DNA of 64,000 nt from Candidatus Zipacnadia bacterium (lineage in GTDB: Bacteria > Armatimonadota > Zipacnadia > Zipacnadales > UBA5352), in assembly GCA_029821635.1 (NCBI GenBank), contig JALGSW010000047.1:5026-69025 (forward strand), in the 5' to 3' direction. Position numbers and translations under genes: made by a program. The notes beneath the pieces are model-generated. The model was not told the origin of the DNA, did not search any database, and worked only from the letters and a program-made list of their open reading frames with translations. Shown here piece after piece: positions 35,262 to 44,402 of this stretch (position 1 is its first letter; each line of letters opens with the position of its first letter).

Positions 35262-37670
35262 ATGAAGCTCGACGCGCGGTGGATCTGGATCGAGGAGGAA
35301 TACGCGAACTCATACTGCCACCTCCGCCGCACCTTCGAGGTCGGCGAGGTGGCGATGAAGGCGACGCTGCGCATCAGCGCGGATACCAGCTACGCGGTGT
35401 GGGTGAACGGACGCTACGTGGGCCGCGGTCCGGGTCCCTACGTCTACGAGACTCGGCCGGTGGACGCCTACGACCTGACCGACCTGCTGCAGCCCGGCGC
35501 GAACGTCGTCTGCGTGCTCGGACACTGGTGGGGCGTGAAGTCGCACTCGCGGCCGCTGGGCAGCCCCGGCGTCATTGCCGAGCTGCGGTGGGAGGACGCC
35601 GACGGCGCGGCGCACTCGGTCGGCACCGACGAGAGTTGGCGCGCGCTGCCGTCCGAGGCATGGGCGCGCGAGGTGCCACGCCGCAGCGGCGCGGTCGCGT
35701 GGACTGAGTACTTCGACGCGCGCAAGGAGCCGCCGGGCTGGCTGGCGCCGGACTTCGACGACTCGGCCTGGGAGGCCGCGCGAGCGATCGATCTGCCGGA
35801 TCGGAAGCTCTTCGCACGACGCCGGCCGCTGCTGGCGGAGTGGCACGTGGGGCCTGTGTCGATCGCCGGCGCGTGGTGGGCGGGCGCGGAGAGCCCGGAG
35901 CTGGGGGACGAGCCTGAGCTGACCGAGTTCCTCGACGAAGAGCCGCTGGAGCCCGTGGACGAGGCGCTGCACGCGGAACTCGCGACGGGACTTATCGGCG
36001 AGGGCCCGCTGACGCTGGAGCTGCCCGCCGACCGGGGGCTCGCGGTGACGCTTGATCTCGGGCGGGAGATCGTCGGCCACCTCGCGCTCGACGTGGACGT
36101 CCCGGCGGGCGCGACGATCGAGCTGTCCCCCGCGGAGCTGATGCGCGACGGCCGCCCGTGGTGCTTCCGCAAGGGCTGCAGGTACGGGCAGCGCTACATC
36201 ACCCGCGAGGGCCGGCAGACGTGGCGGACCTACGCCTGGCACGGGCTGCGCTACGTTCACGTGGTGTTGCGCGGCTTCGACGGCCCGCGGGCACGCCCGG
36301 TGACGATCCACCGCCTTGGCGCGGTGCGGCGCGAAGCGGACCTCGACTGGCGCGCAAGCCTGGTGACCACCGATGAGGAGCTGCAGCAGGCCTGGGACAT
36401 CACCGTGCACACGCTGCGCGTGGGGACGCAGGAGGTGCACGTGGACTGCCCCACGCGCGAGCAGGCGGCGTACTGGGGGGACGCAACCTGGATCGGCCTC
36501 TGGACGCTGGCGATGACCGGCGACTGTACCCACCTGCGACACCTGCTGCTCTCCGCCGAACCGGCGCAGTATGAGAATGGGCAGCTTCCGGCCTCAATCT
36601 TCTCCAGCCTCGATCAGATTCTGCTTGACTACACGCTGATCATGCCGTGGGCGCTGCGCGACTGGTGGTGGCAGACGGGCGACCTCGCGGTGCCGCAGAG
36701 GCTGGGCGGCGTGGTGCAGCGGCTGCTCGACTGGTACCGCGAGCGCATGGGCGCGACGGGCCTGCTGGAGATCGACGCGATCGCGATGCGCGCGAGCGGC
36801 GAGGCGACGCTGTTCATCGACCACCCCGGGCTGGGCTGGCACAACTTCCCGCACCCGGGCCTCGATCGGCGCGGGATCAGCGCGGGCCTGAACCTGTTCA
36901 TGCTGCGCGCGCTCCAGTGCGATGCGGAGCTGGCCGAGGCGCTCGGCGACAACGCTCGCGCGCATCACGTGCGCGGCGAGGCGGAGGCGCTGGCGCTGAA
37001 CATCGAGCGCACGTTCTTCGACGTGCAGCGCGGCGTCTACGCGGACGCGCTCGTGGAGGGCGAGCTGTCGTCGCAGGTGAGCCAGCAGATCAACGCGCTG
37101 GCGGTGGTGACGGGGGTCTGCCCGCCGGAGCGGCGCAGGCGGCTGCTCGAGACGGTGCTCTCCGACGACCCGGAGTTGTGCCGCTGCAGCCCCTACGCGT
37201 GGGTGTACCTCTTCCGGGCGCTGTCGCTGGCGGGGATGGAGGCGGAGATGCTCGGCGCCATCCGCACGCTCTGGGGCGGGATGGCGCGGGCGGGCGCGAC
37301 GACGTGGTGGGAGACCTTCGGCGGCGATGAGCTCGACAGCCTCTGCCACGCGTGGTCCGCCGTTCCGGGCGCGATCCTGCAGGATCACCTGCTGGGCGTG
37401 CGCGCGGCTGCGCCGGGCTTCACGCGGGCGCTGATCGCTCCACGGCCGGACCTCGTGGCGCAGGCGTCCGGCACCGTGCAGACGGTGCGCGGGGAGGTCG
37501 CGGTGGGCTGGCAGGCGGATGGTGAGGGCGGCGTGGAGGTGGCGGTGGGGCTGCCCGAGGGCGTCGCAGGGGAGCTGCAGCCGCCGCCGGGTTGGCGGAT
37601 GGATGGCGCAGCGGGTGCGCTTGAGATGCTCGAAGGCACGTCCGCGCGCGTGCGCTTCGTACGTGTGTGA
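35262..37670 (+). CDS. GH78-like alpha-L-rhamnosidase family protein (six-hairpin glycosidase)
   Basis: MKLDARWIWIEE..., VWVNGRYVGRGP, TQEVHVDCPTREQAAYWGDA, WWETF...SLCHAWSA are characteristic of bacterial alpha-L-rhamnosidase-like proteins. ATG 35262 after GGGAGGA. Confidence 0.75.
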   Translation: MKLDARWIWIEEEYANSYCHLRRTFEVGEVAMKATLRISADTSYAVWVNGRYVGRGPGPYVYETRPVDAYDLTDLLQPGANVVCVLGHWWGVKSHSRPLGSPGVIAELRWEDADGAAHSVGTDESWRALPSEAWAREVPRRSGAVAWTEYFDARKEPPGWLAPDFDDSAWEAARAIDLPDRKLFARRRPLLAEWHVGPVSIAGAWWAGAESPELGDEPELTEFLDEEPLEPVDEALHAELATGLIGEGPLTLELPADRGLAVTLDLGREIVGHLALDVDVPAGATIELSPAELMRDGRPWCFRKGCRYGQRYITREGRQTWRTYAWHGLRYVHVVLRGFDGPRARPVTIHRLGAVRREADLDWRASLVTTDEELQQAWDITVHTLRVGTQEVHVDCPTREQAAYWGDATWIGLWTLAMTGDCTHLRHLLLSAEPAQYENGQLPASIFSSLDQILLDYTLIMPWALRDWWWQTGDLAVPQRLGGVVQRLLDWYRERMGATGLLEIDAIAMRASGEATLFIDHPGLGWHNFPHPGLDRRGISAGLNLFMLRALQCDAELAEALGDNARAHHVRGEAEALALNIERTFFDVQRGVYADALVEGELSSQVSQQINALAVVTGVCPPERRRRLLETVLSDDPELCRCSPYAWVYLFRALSLAGMEAEMLGAIRTLWGGMARAGATTWWETFGGDELDSLCHAWSAVPGAILQDHLLGVRAAAPGFTRALIAPRPDLVAQASGTVQTVRGEVAVGWQADGEGGVEVAVGLPEGVAGELQPPPGWRMDGAAGALEMLEGTSARVRFVRV

Positions 37671-37729
37671 GGCGCGCTGCGGCGCGCCAGGAGGCCGTGG
37701 GGCGCGCGTGGAGGGCGGCTTCGTGGAAC

Positions 37730-37759
37730 TTGACGGGCGCGGAAGCAGTCAAGTATGAT
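37730..37759 (+). promoter_or_regulatory. Sigma-70-type promoter upstream of 37839 gene
   Basis: TTGACG (37730-37735), 18-nt spacer, TATGAT (37754-37759). Confidence 0.5.
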
Positions 37760-37838
37760 GCGAAGGGGCTGGTGTGAGGGACGTACGCCGGCCACCAAAC
37801 AAGCAGGCTGCAGTGAAGTCGTGAGGAGGGTGGGCTCC

Positions 37839-39149
37839 ATGCTCCGAGGCCGATCCATCGTATTGGCACTCGCGTTCCTCGGCGCGATGAGTATCTGCGC
37901 TGCCCAGGAGACGGCTGAAATAATCGTCGGGGGCCAGACCGTCGCGCGGGTCCGCGAGGCGGGGACGTATGAGTCCGTGCAGCATCGCGCGGCAGCGGTG
38001 GATGAGCGGGTCAACCAGTTGCTTGCCACCACGGACGATCCGGGATCGCTCGAGGTCAGCCTGGAGCAAATGGATGGCCGCTGGACGGTCATGATCGCGG
38101 GAGAGGCGATCGTGGCGGTGTACCCGGCTGAGGCCGAGGCCAACGTCATGACGCCGGAGATGCTCGGCGCGATGTGGGTGCGCAAGTTCAAGGACGCGCT
38201 GCCCACCGCGACCTGCGCTCCGGTGACCGTGATCGGTGAGCCGACCGAGACGACCACGACGCCGACGACGACTGCGACGCCCCCCGACCAGCCCATCATG
38301 ATCGCCGACGAGCCGGTGCTCTCCAGCCCGACGACGGGCGATGAGACCGTGACGACGCCGACGACGACTACCGCCGCGCCTCCGGCCACGACGACCGTTG
38401 TCCCGACGACCGCTGCTCCGCCGCCCGGCGGCTCGACGGTGGAGATCCTCGAGGTGCCGGAGGAGGTCACCAACGAGCCGGAGGTGGTCGTAGCCGGTCA
38501 GGGCGCGCGGCTGCTGATCCTCGAAGCATTCAACAACTCCCGCGATCTGACCGAGGATGACTACCTCGTACGGCGCGAGACGATGGCGAACGACCTCTTC
38601 GACAACCTCGTGCAGATGATGACCGGCGGCAGGGCCACCGGGCGCATCGAGACCAGCGGCGCGATCTCCCTCCCGACGCCCCCGCGCCCGCCCGTGACGG
38701 TCCCGACCACGCCGCCTCCGACCACCACGGCGACGACGACGACCGCGCAGCCGCCCACCACGCACACCGTGGACACGGGGCCGATGTCGCCGGAGACGCT
38801 GCCGACGGCCACGATGACCACGGGCGCGGCTCCGTCGCTCGCAATGAGCGCCGCGTCGCTCGCGAAGATAAACGCAGAGATACCCGCGAACGACCCGAGC
38901 TACGCGAACGTGGTGAAGAAGGTCGCGATCAAGGCGAAGTTCCGCGCGGCCTCCGAGGCCCTCCGGACCACTGATCCGGCGACGAAGGCGCAGGCGATGG
39001 AGGTGCTGACCGCGGCCCGCCGGGCGAACACCGACCAGGACTGGGACGCCGCGGAGCAGCACGTTGACACCGGTCTGGGCATCCTCGGCGTGACGGAGTG
39101 GGAGCAGCACATCGGCGCCGCGATGCGCGACCTCGGGCTCGTGCAGTAG
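37839..39149 (+). CDS. Secreted hypothetical protein with Thr/Pro-rich linkers
   Basis: Signal MLRGRSIVLALAFLGAMSICAAQE with GAGGAGG RBS. Three PT-rich low-complexity linkers separate small globular segments. No family recognised. Confidence 0.6.
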   Translation: MLRGRSIVLALAFLGAMSICAAQETAEIIVGGQTVARVREAGTYESVQHRAAAVDERVNQLLATTDDPGSLEVSLEQMDGRWTVMIAGEAIVAVYPAEAEANVMTPEMLGAMWVRKFKDALPTATCAPVTVIGEPTETTTTPTTTATPPDQPIMIADEPVLSSPTTGDETVTTPTTTTAAPPATTTVVPTTAAPPPGGSTVEILEVPEEVTNEPEVVVAGQGARLLILEAFNNSRDLTEDDYLVRRETMANDLFDNLVQMMTGGRATGRIETSGAISLPTPPRPPVTVPTTPPPTTTATTTTAQPPTTHTVDTGPMSPETLPTATMTTGAAPSLAMSAASLAKINAEIPANDPSYANVVKKVAIKAKFRAASEALRTTDPATKAQAMEVLTAARRANTDQDWDAAEQHVDTGLGILGVTEWEQHIGAAMRDLGLVQ

Positions 39150-39176
39150 CCACGGGCCGCGGCGAAACTGAGCGAA

Positions 39177-39211
39177 CAAGGGCGGGCGCCAGGTGCGCCC
39201 GCCCTTTGCGT
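39177..39211 (+). terminator. Rho-independent terminator
   Basis: AAGGGCGGGCGC-caggt-GCGCCCGCCCTT followed by tgcgtt. Confidence 0.75.
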
Positions 39212-39256
39212 TGAGCGCACAGGCGAGCGAGGGCGACCTTGCGCGGTGAGGAATTG

Positions 39257-39895
39257 ATGGACGGGATCGACGTCATCCTCTTCGACCTGGACAACACGCT
39301 TTACCACCCGGAGTCGGGGCTGCTGGAGGCCGGCGACCGCACGATCACGCACTTCATCTCCCAGCGGCTTGACATGCCCTGGGAGGAGGCCGATCGCCTG
39401 CGCGTGCGGACGTGGCGCGAGTACGGCGCAACCGCCCGCGGGCTGGAGATCGAACTCGGCATCCCCCAACGCGAGTTCTTCGCCGGGTCGATCGAGCGCG
39501 TTCCCGTCGAGGAGTACCTCCGCCCGCGACCCGAGCTGCGCGCGATGCTCGCGGCGCTCCCCCAGCGGCTCTACGTCTTCACGAACGCCCCGTCGGTCTA
39601 CGCCGAGCGGACGCTCACGGCCCTCGGAGTCGCCGACCTGATCGCGGATGTCTTCGACATCGAGACGACCGGCGGCATGCCCAAGCCCGAGTGTCGCAGC
39701 TACGATCACGTGATCGAGGCGGTCGGGGTGCCGGCGGAGCGGATCGCACTGCTGGAGGACACCGAGGACAACCTGCTGCCCGCGGCGGAACTGGGGATGG
39801 TGACGATCAAGGTCGGCCCCCCGCCACCTGAGGGCGCGCACCTCTACCTGCCGGAGCTCCTGGAACTGCCGGCGCTGCTTGCCGCGAACTGCTGA
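39257..39895 (+). CDS. HAD-superfamily hydrolase (pyrimidine 5'-nucleotidase-like)
   Basis: ILFDLDNTLY motif I, VFTNAP, LLEDTEDNL. ATG 39257. Confidence 0.75.
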   Translation: MDGIDVILFDLDNTLYHPESGLLEAGDRTITHFISQRLDMPWEEADRLRVRTWREYGATARGLEIELGIPQREFFAGSIERVPVEEYLRPRPELRAMLAALPQRLYVFTNAPSVYAERTLTALGVADLIADVFDIETTGGMPKPECRSYDHVIEAVGVPAERIALLEDTEDNLLPAAELGMVTIKVGPPPPEGAHLYLPELLELPALLAANC

Positions 39896-39907
39896 CGCCC
39901 CCCCCCG

Positions 39908-40462
39908 CTACTCCTCTCCCTGCCCATCGTTGGAGACCAGCTCAACCTGCGAGTTGCGGATGACCAGCTCCCGGCCGTCGCGCGTGCGCACGGTCGTTGT
40001 CCGCAGGGACAGCTCGACCACCGTGCCGCGGTGCTCGCCGATGCTGACGCGATCGCCGGGAGCGTAGAGGTTCTCCCAGGTGATCAGCCAGCCGCTGAGG
40101 CTGTCGCGCAGAGCGGGCAGGCCGATCACGATCGCCGCGACGGCCGCAAGGCCCAGCACGGGCAGCAGCTCCGCGCCGGTCGGCAGGCCGAAGATGCGCA
40201 GGATCATCAGCAGCGCGATCGAGTACCAGACGGCGCGGTTGGCCGCGAGCGGCAGGCCGAGGACGATCTTCCGGCGCCTGACGCGTTCGGAGGGGTCGCG
40301 GCCGGCGTCCTGGCGCAGGGCGGGGGCGACGGCGCGACGGATCATGCGGCTGGTCAACAGGTAGATCAGCTCGAAGCCACCCGCCGCGAAGATCGCGTAA
40401 AGCAGCTTCAGCGGCAGTGGTCCCAGCCAGACAGTGCGAACGTATTCAATGAAGCCCTGCAC
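39908..40462 (-). CDS. Small MscS-like mechanosensitive channel family protein
   Basis: Three TM helices, then LYAPGDRVSIGEHRGTVVELSLRTTTVRTRDGRELVIRNSQV (MscS beta domain). Lacks the usual C-terminal domain. Confidence 0.7.
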   Translation of the reverse strand: MQGFIEYVRTVWLGPLPLKLLYAIFAAGGFELIYLLTSRMIRRAVAPALRQDAGRDPSERVRRRKIVLGLPLAANRAVWYSIALLMILRIFGLPTGAELLPVLGLAAVAAIVIGLPALRDSLSGWLITWENLYAPGDRVSIGEHRGTVVELSLRTTTVRTRDGRELVIRNSQVELVSNDGQGEE

Positions 40463-40477
40463 CCTGTCAGCCTCCCG

Positions 40478-41470
40478 TCACTCGATCGTCGGCTCGTCAT
40501 CGCCGTCCGGGCTCGGCGCTCCGTACGGCGGCAGGACCGTGTAGGGCCCCGGCGGAAGCCATCGCAGCGCCTCGCGCATCTGCTCCTCACGCAACATTCG
40601 CTCCCGGATGCGCGCGGACCTGCGGCGGATCACCAGCCACGCGATCAGGAACGCCACGACGAAGAGCGCGCCGATCAGCGCCTCGGACAGCGGCGGGGCC
40701 ACGTCGCGCAGGTAGGCGGTGTGCAGGCTCTCCAGCCACTGAGCCTCCATCTCCGGCACCGGCCGGTGGAAAGCGAGGCCCAGCGCCAGGCGCATGTCGC
40801 GCCCCTGCGCGAGCTGATCCAGCAGCGGGCTGATCCCCCGCCCCGGCGTGATCTCGCTCAGGTACGCCACCAGCGTGTAGCTCTGCGCGTACGCCAGGTC
40901 CACCTGCTCGCGCTTGCCGGCGAAGGCCCCCTCAAGCTGATCGATCGTGAGCAGCTCGTCGGCGAGAGCCGCGCGGCCGATCACCTGCCGCTCGGCCTCA
41001 TCGAAGTCGTCGGCGGCGTACTTCGCGATGCCCTCATGCAGCCAGCGGGGCAGCACGTCCGCTCTCTCCCCCATCCGCAGGTCGAGCATCACGTGCGCCA
41101 GTTCGTGCGCGATGAGCTTGGGCAGCCGCTGCGGCCCCATCGGCTTCACCACCACGCGCATCATCCCCGGTAGCGCGCGGCCGATCGTCCACGGCTTGTT
41201 TCTGCCGCCGGTCAGCTCATCGAACTCCGCTGCCGAGCGCACGATGTACACGTCGATGCGCTCGTCAAGCTCGATGTCCAGCATCTTCTCCAGGCGCACG
41301 AGGGCCTCGTTGCCGGCGTCGCGCGCGATCTCCCCCAGCTCGACCTGCTCCGGCCAGTGCAGCACACGCAGGTGCTCGCTGGTGAGGATGTGCCGCTGCT
41401 CGGGCGCCGCCGGAGCGCTCGCGAGGAGCACCGGCACACACACGACCACCCACGCTGCGTAGCGCCTCAT
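40478..41470 (-). CDS. Peptidase MA-family (gluzincin-like) protein with C-terminal TM anchor
   Basis: Signal peptide, LIAHELAHVMLD (HExxH) and downstream WLHEGIAKY, TM helix LIGALFVVAFLIAWLVI. Confidence 0.7.
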   Translation of the reverse strand: MRRYAAWVVVCVPVLLASAPAAPEQRHILTSEHLRVLHWPEQVELGEIARDAGNEALVRLEKMLDIELDERIDVYIVRSAAEFDELTGGRNKPWTIGRALPGMMRVVVKPMGPQRLPKLIAHELAHVMLDLRMGERADVLPRWLHEGIAKYAADDFDEAERQVIGRAALADELLTIDQLEGAFAGKREQVDLAYAQSYTLVAYLSEITPGRGISPLLDQLAQGRDMRLALGLAFHRPVPEMEAQWLESLHTAYLRDVAPPLSEALIGALFVVAFLIAWLVIRRRSARIRERMLREEQMREALRWLPPGPYTVLPPYGAPSPDGDDEPTIE

Positions 41471-41476
41471 CGCCGA

Positions 41477-42262
41477 TCACCCAAGCGCGGGGCACCTGCT
41501 TCGCGCGCGGCACCATCGGCAGTGCATGTCGGGCTTCGGCGGGAACTCCGTGGCGACGCGGATACGGTCGGCCACGCGCGTGGCGCGCCGCGCGAGCGCC
41601 TCCAGCTCCGCGTCGGTGAAGCGTGCGCGGTGCCCGCCGCCGCGCCGCAGGGAGTACATCGTGACGGACACGTCCTCGTCGGGAAACTGCTCCCTCATGC
41701 AGGCGAAGAACAGCCCCCAGCCGGTGCTGTCGAAGATGTCCTCGGCCGACGGCGGCTTGCGCGCGGAGAGCCAGCGCAGGCCGTTCACGCTACCGTCCGG
41801 CTCGCGGAGGACCACGTCGGCCACCGAGACGAAGCGGTGGCCGCCCAGCTCCACCTCCATGCGCAGGTCCACCTCGATCACTTCGGCGGAGCGGCCGACG
41901 TCGCCGGCGTGGTAGTCGCGCAGGAGCTTGAGGCCCTGGGCGTGCAGCCGCTCCTCTTCGAGGCTGTCGGCGCAGACCGAGCCGTCCCAGGCGTCGTCGA
42001 AAACTGCCGCAAGCCGCGCGGGATCGACCTGAGCCGGACCGCCGAGGCGGTGGCAATCAACCAGCGCCTCGCGCAGCGCCTGATGGAGCATTGCGGGCCC
42101 GCCGAGGAAGCGCTGCGTCTCCTCCCGCGGCACGAACCACGACAGCAGGAACTTCTGCGGACACTGATGGTAGTCCGCCAGGTTCCGCGCGGTGAAGGGC
42201 CGATCCGGGAGGTCGATCGGCTCCACAATCTCAGGCACGTCATCACTCCGGTCGGGCATCAT
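41477..42262 (-). CDS. PD-(D/E)XK (Cas4/AddB-like) nuclease family protein with Cys cluster
   Basis: N-terminal YHQCPQKF and C-terminal CRWCRARSRCP match the Cas4/AddB-type Fe-S cysteines. The core is RecB-like, but the canonical D...(D/E)xK is not obvious by eye. Confidence 0.65.
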   Translation of the reverse strand: MMPDRSDDVPEIVEPIDLPDRPFTARNLADYHQCPQKFLLSWFVPREETQRFLGGPAMLHQALREALVDCHRLGGPAQVDPARLAAVFDDAWDGSVCADSLEEERLHAQGLKLLRDYHAGDVGRSAEVIEVDLRMEVELGGHRFVSVADVVLREPDGSVNGLRWLSARKPPSAEDIFDSTGWGLFFACMREQFPDEDVSVTMYSLRRGGGHRARFTDAELEALARRATRVADRIRVATEFPPKPDMHCRWCRARSRCPALG

Positions 42263-42380
42263 CTCACCTCACAGGCAGCTTCGTCGGGGGCCTCGTCGCG
42301 ACCTGCAGCCGACGAGCGAGTGCCGCGTCGCGAGGAGGTCCGGCGGCTGCCCCTGGCGCATACACGCGCGGGGGTCATGC

Positions 42381-44399
42381 ATGCGTCCCGATCACTCGCT
42401 CGACGACATCATGCGCCAACGCTTCCCGCGGCGGGAACTCACTCCCGCCGCGCGCGGCGTCATCGAGGCGCTCCTCGGCGGCGGCCACGCGCTCCTCGTG
42501 TCCCCGGACTGGCGTGAGCGCGAGCTTCCGTGGCGGCTCGCGGCCGAGGCGGGACTGCGGCCACTGCTGGTGGTCGCGGACTCCGAGCGCGACCTGCAGA
42601 GCCGTGCCGAGGCCCTCGCGGGGGAGCTCGACCTCGTCGCCTGCGCCCTGCACGCCCGCCTCGAAGACGAACACCTGCGCGGCCTCGCGGAGCAGCTCGC
42701 CGGGGGCAAGTGGGACGCGGCGTTCGTCTCAGGCCGCAGCCTTGCCGACCCGCGGCTGATGGCTGCCGCGCGCGCGCTGGCCCCGCGCCTGCTCGTCATC
42801 GAGGACGCGCACCGGGCGAGCATGCACGGGCATCGCTACGACCTCGCCTGGCTGCACGCGGCGGGCCTCGTGCCGGAGGCGGGGAGCGTGCTGGCGCTCG
42901 CGGACGTCGCCAATTTGACCGCCCGCGAAGACCTGATCGCCCGCCTCGGCCTCGACGGCTGCCACGTTGCGCTGGGCCAACTCGACCGCCCCGGTCTTCG
43001 CATCGAGGCCCGGCGCGTGGGCAGCCAGCCGGAAGCGGACCGGAACCTGCTGGGCCTGCTGGCCGACTCCCCCGAGCGCGCGGTCATCCATGCGAGCGAG
43101 CGCGTGGAGGCGGAGCGGCTCGCGGCGCTGGTGCGCGACGAGCGCGGCTTCGACGCGCTGGACATGACGAACCTCAACGCGCGGGAGTTCGGCGCGGCGC
43201 TCAGGCGCTTCCGCGAGGGCGGTCTGCGCGCCATCACCACCACCGGCGCGCTCGAACCCGGACCCGGCTGGCCGCCGATCCCGGTCAGCGCGATCGTCGG
43301 GATGCCCGCGAGCCTCGAGCTACTGCACCGGCAGATGCACGTCGCGAGCGGAGAAGGCGCCATCGCGGTGCTCGTCCACGAGCGGGATGAGACGCCTCGT
43401 CTGGAACGTGCCGCGATGCGATCGGCGTTCGACGCCGGCCATCTGCTGGGCCTCTATGAGGCGCTGATCAGCGGCGAGGAACTCCGCTTCAACGCGCTGT
43501 CCGCCCGCACCGGCCTGCGCCCGGAGGAGGTCAACCTCGGCGTCGAGGCGCTGATCCACGCGGGTGCGGTGACGGTGCTCGCGCGCGGCGATGCCTGGCT
43601 GCGAGCCGAGCCGCACGGCTCTCTTAGCACCGAGACGCTGGAGCGCTGGGGCCGGGAGGCGGACGCGATCCGCCGCGTGCGTCTGCAGCAGGTCGCGCAG
43701 GTCGAGGACTTCGTGGCGAGCCGGCGCTGCCTGCGCGCGATTCTCTCCGAGGCGCTCGGCTACCCCCTCGCTGAGGGGCGCTGCGAGTGCGGGCGCTGCC
43801 GGCCGCGGGAGGCGGTGCTCGTCCCGCGGCGCGTGCCGGGCGGCTACCCGATCGAGGCCGGGCAGTTCCGTGGCTGGGCGCTCGGGCTCTACCGCCGCCC
43901 CGGTGAGGAGACGCCGGGCGGGGTGCCGGGCAAGCTCATCGAGCAGCTCAAGTACCTTGACAGCGAGCCCGCCGGGCGCAGACTCGCGGGTCTGATGGCC
44001 AGGCGCGTGATGGAGTCGCGCACCTACCGCGACTGCGAGGTGCTCGTGCCCGTGCCGCCGTCGGACCCCGAGGCGACCGACTCGGCCGCGCTCTTCCTGG
44101 CGCGGGCGATCGGCTCGCAGGCCGAGCTGCCGGTGGCTGAGGCGCTGATCTCCGCGCAGGATCGCGTTCCTCAGAAGGAACTGACCTTCGTCAGCGCGAA
44201 ACGGGACAACATCGCACAGGCGTTCGCAGTCGCATCCCCCGACGAAGTGGCGGGCCTGCGGGTGCTGCTCGTGGATGACATCTTCGACTCGGGCGCGACG
44301 ATGCAGGAGGCCGGGAAGATGCTCCTGCACGCGGGGGCGGCCGACGTTCGGCTGCTCGCGGCGGTGCGCACGAGCTTCGGTTGGCGACGGGACGTGTGA
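42381..44399 (+). CDS. Fusion protein: degenerate RecQ-like helicase fold + winged-helix/Zn-finger-like region + ComF-type phosphoribosyltransferase domain
   Basis: 672 aa from ATG 42381. Collinear with RecQ, but PTGGGKS is PDWRERE, DEAH is EDAH and GRAGRDG is HVASGEG. The C-terminal approximately 210 aa are ComF/ComFC-like (VLVPVPPS, VLLVDDIFDSGATMQEA). Confidence 0.7.
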   Translation: MRPDHSLDDIMRQRFPRRELTPAARGVIEALLGGGHALLVSPDWRERELPWRLAAEAGLRPLLVVADSERDLQSRAEALAGELDLVACALHARLEDEHLRGLAEQLAGGKWDAAFVSGRSLADPRLMAAARALAPRLLVIEDAHRASMHGHRYDLAWLHAAGLVPEAGSVLALADVANLTAREDLIARLGLDGCHVALGQLDRPGLRIEARRVGSQPEADRNLLGLLADSPERAVIHASERVEAERLAALVRDERGFDALDMTNLNAREFGAALRRFREGGLRAITTTGALEPGPGWPPIPVSAIVGMPASLELLHRQMHVASGEGAIAVLVHERDETPRLERAAMRSAFDAGHLLGLYEALISGEELRFNALSARTGLRPEEVNLGVEALIHAGAVTVLARGDAWLRAEPHGSLSTETLERWGREADAIRRVRLQQVAQVEDFVASRRCLRAILSEALGYPLAEGRCECGRCRPREAVLVPRRVPGGYPIEAGQFRGWALGLYRRPGEETPGGVPGKLIEQLKYLDSEPAGRRLAGLMARRVMESRTYRDCEVLVPVPPSDPEATDSAALFLARAIGSQAELPVAEALISAQDRVPQKELTFVSAKRDNIAQAFAVASPDEVAGLRVLLVDDIFDSGATMQEAGKMLLHAGAADVRLLAAVRTSFGWRRDV

Positions 44400-44402
44400 G
44401 AG

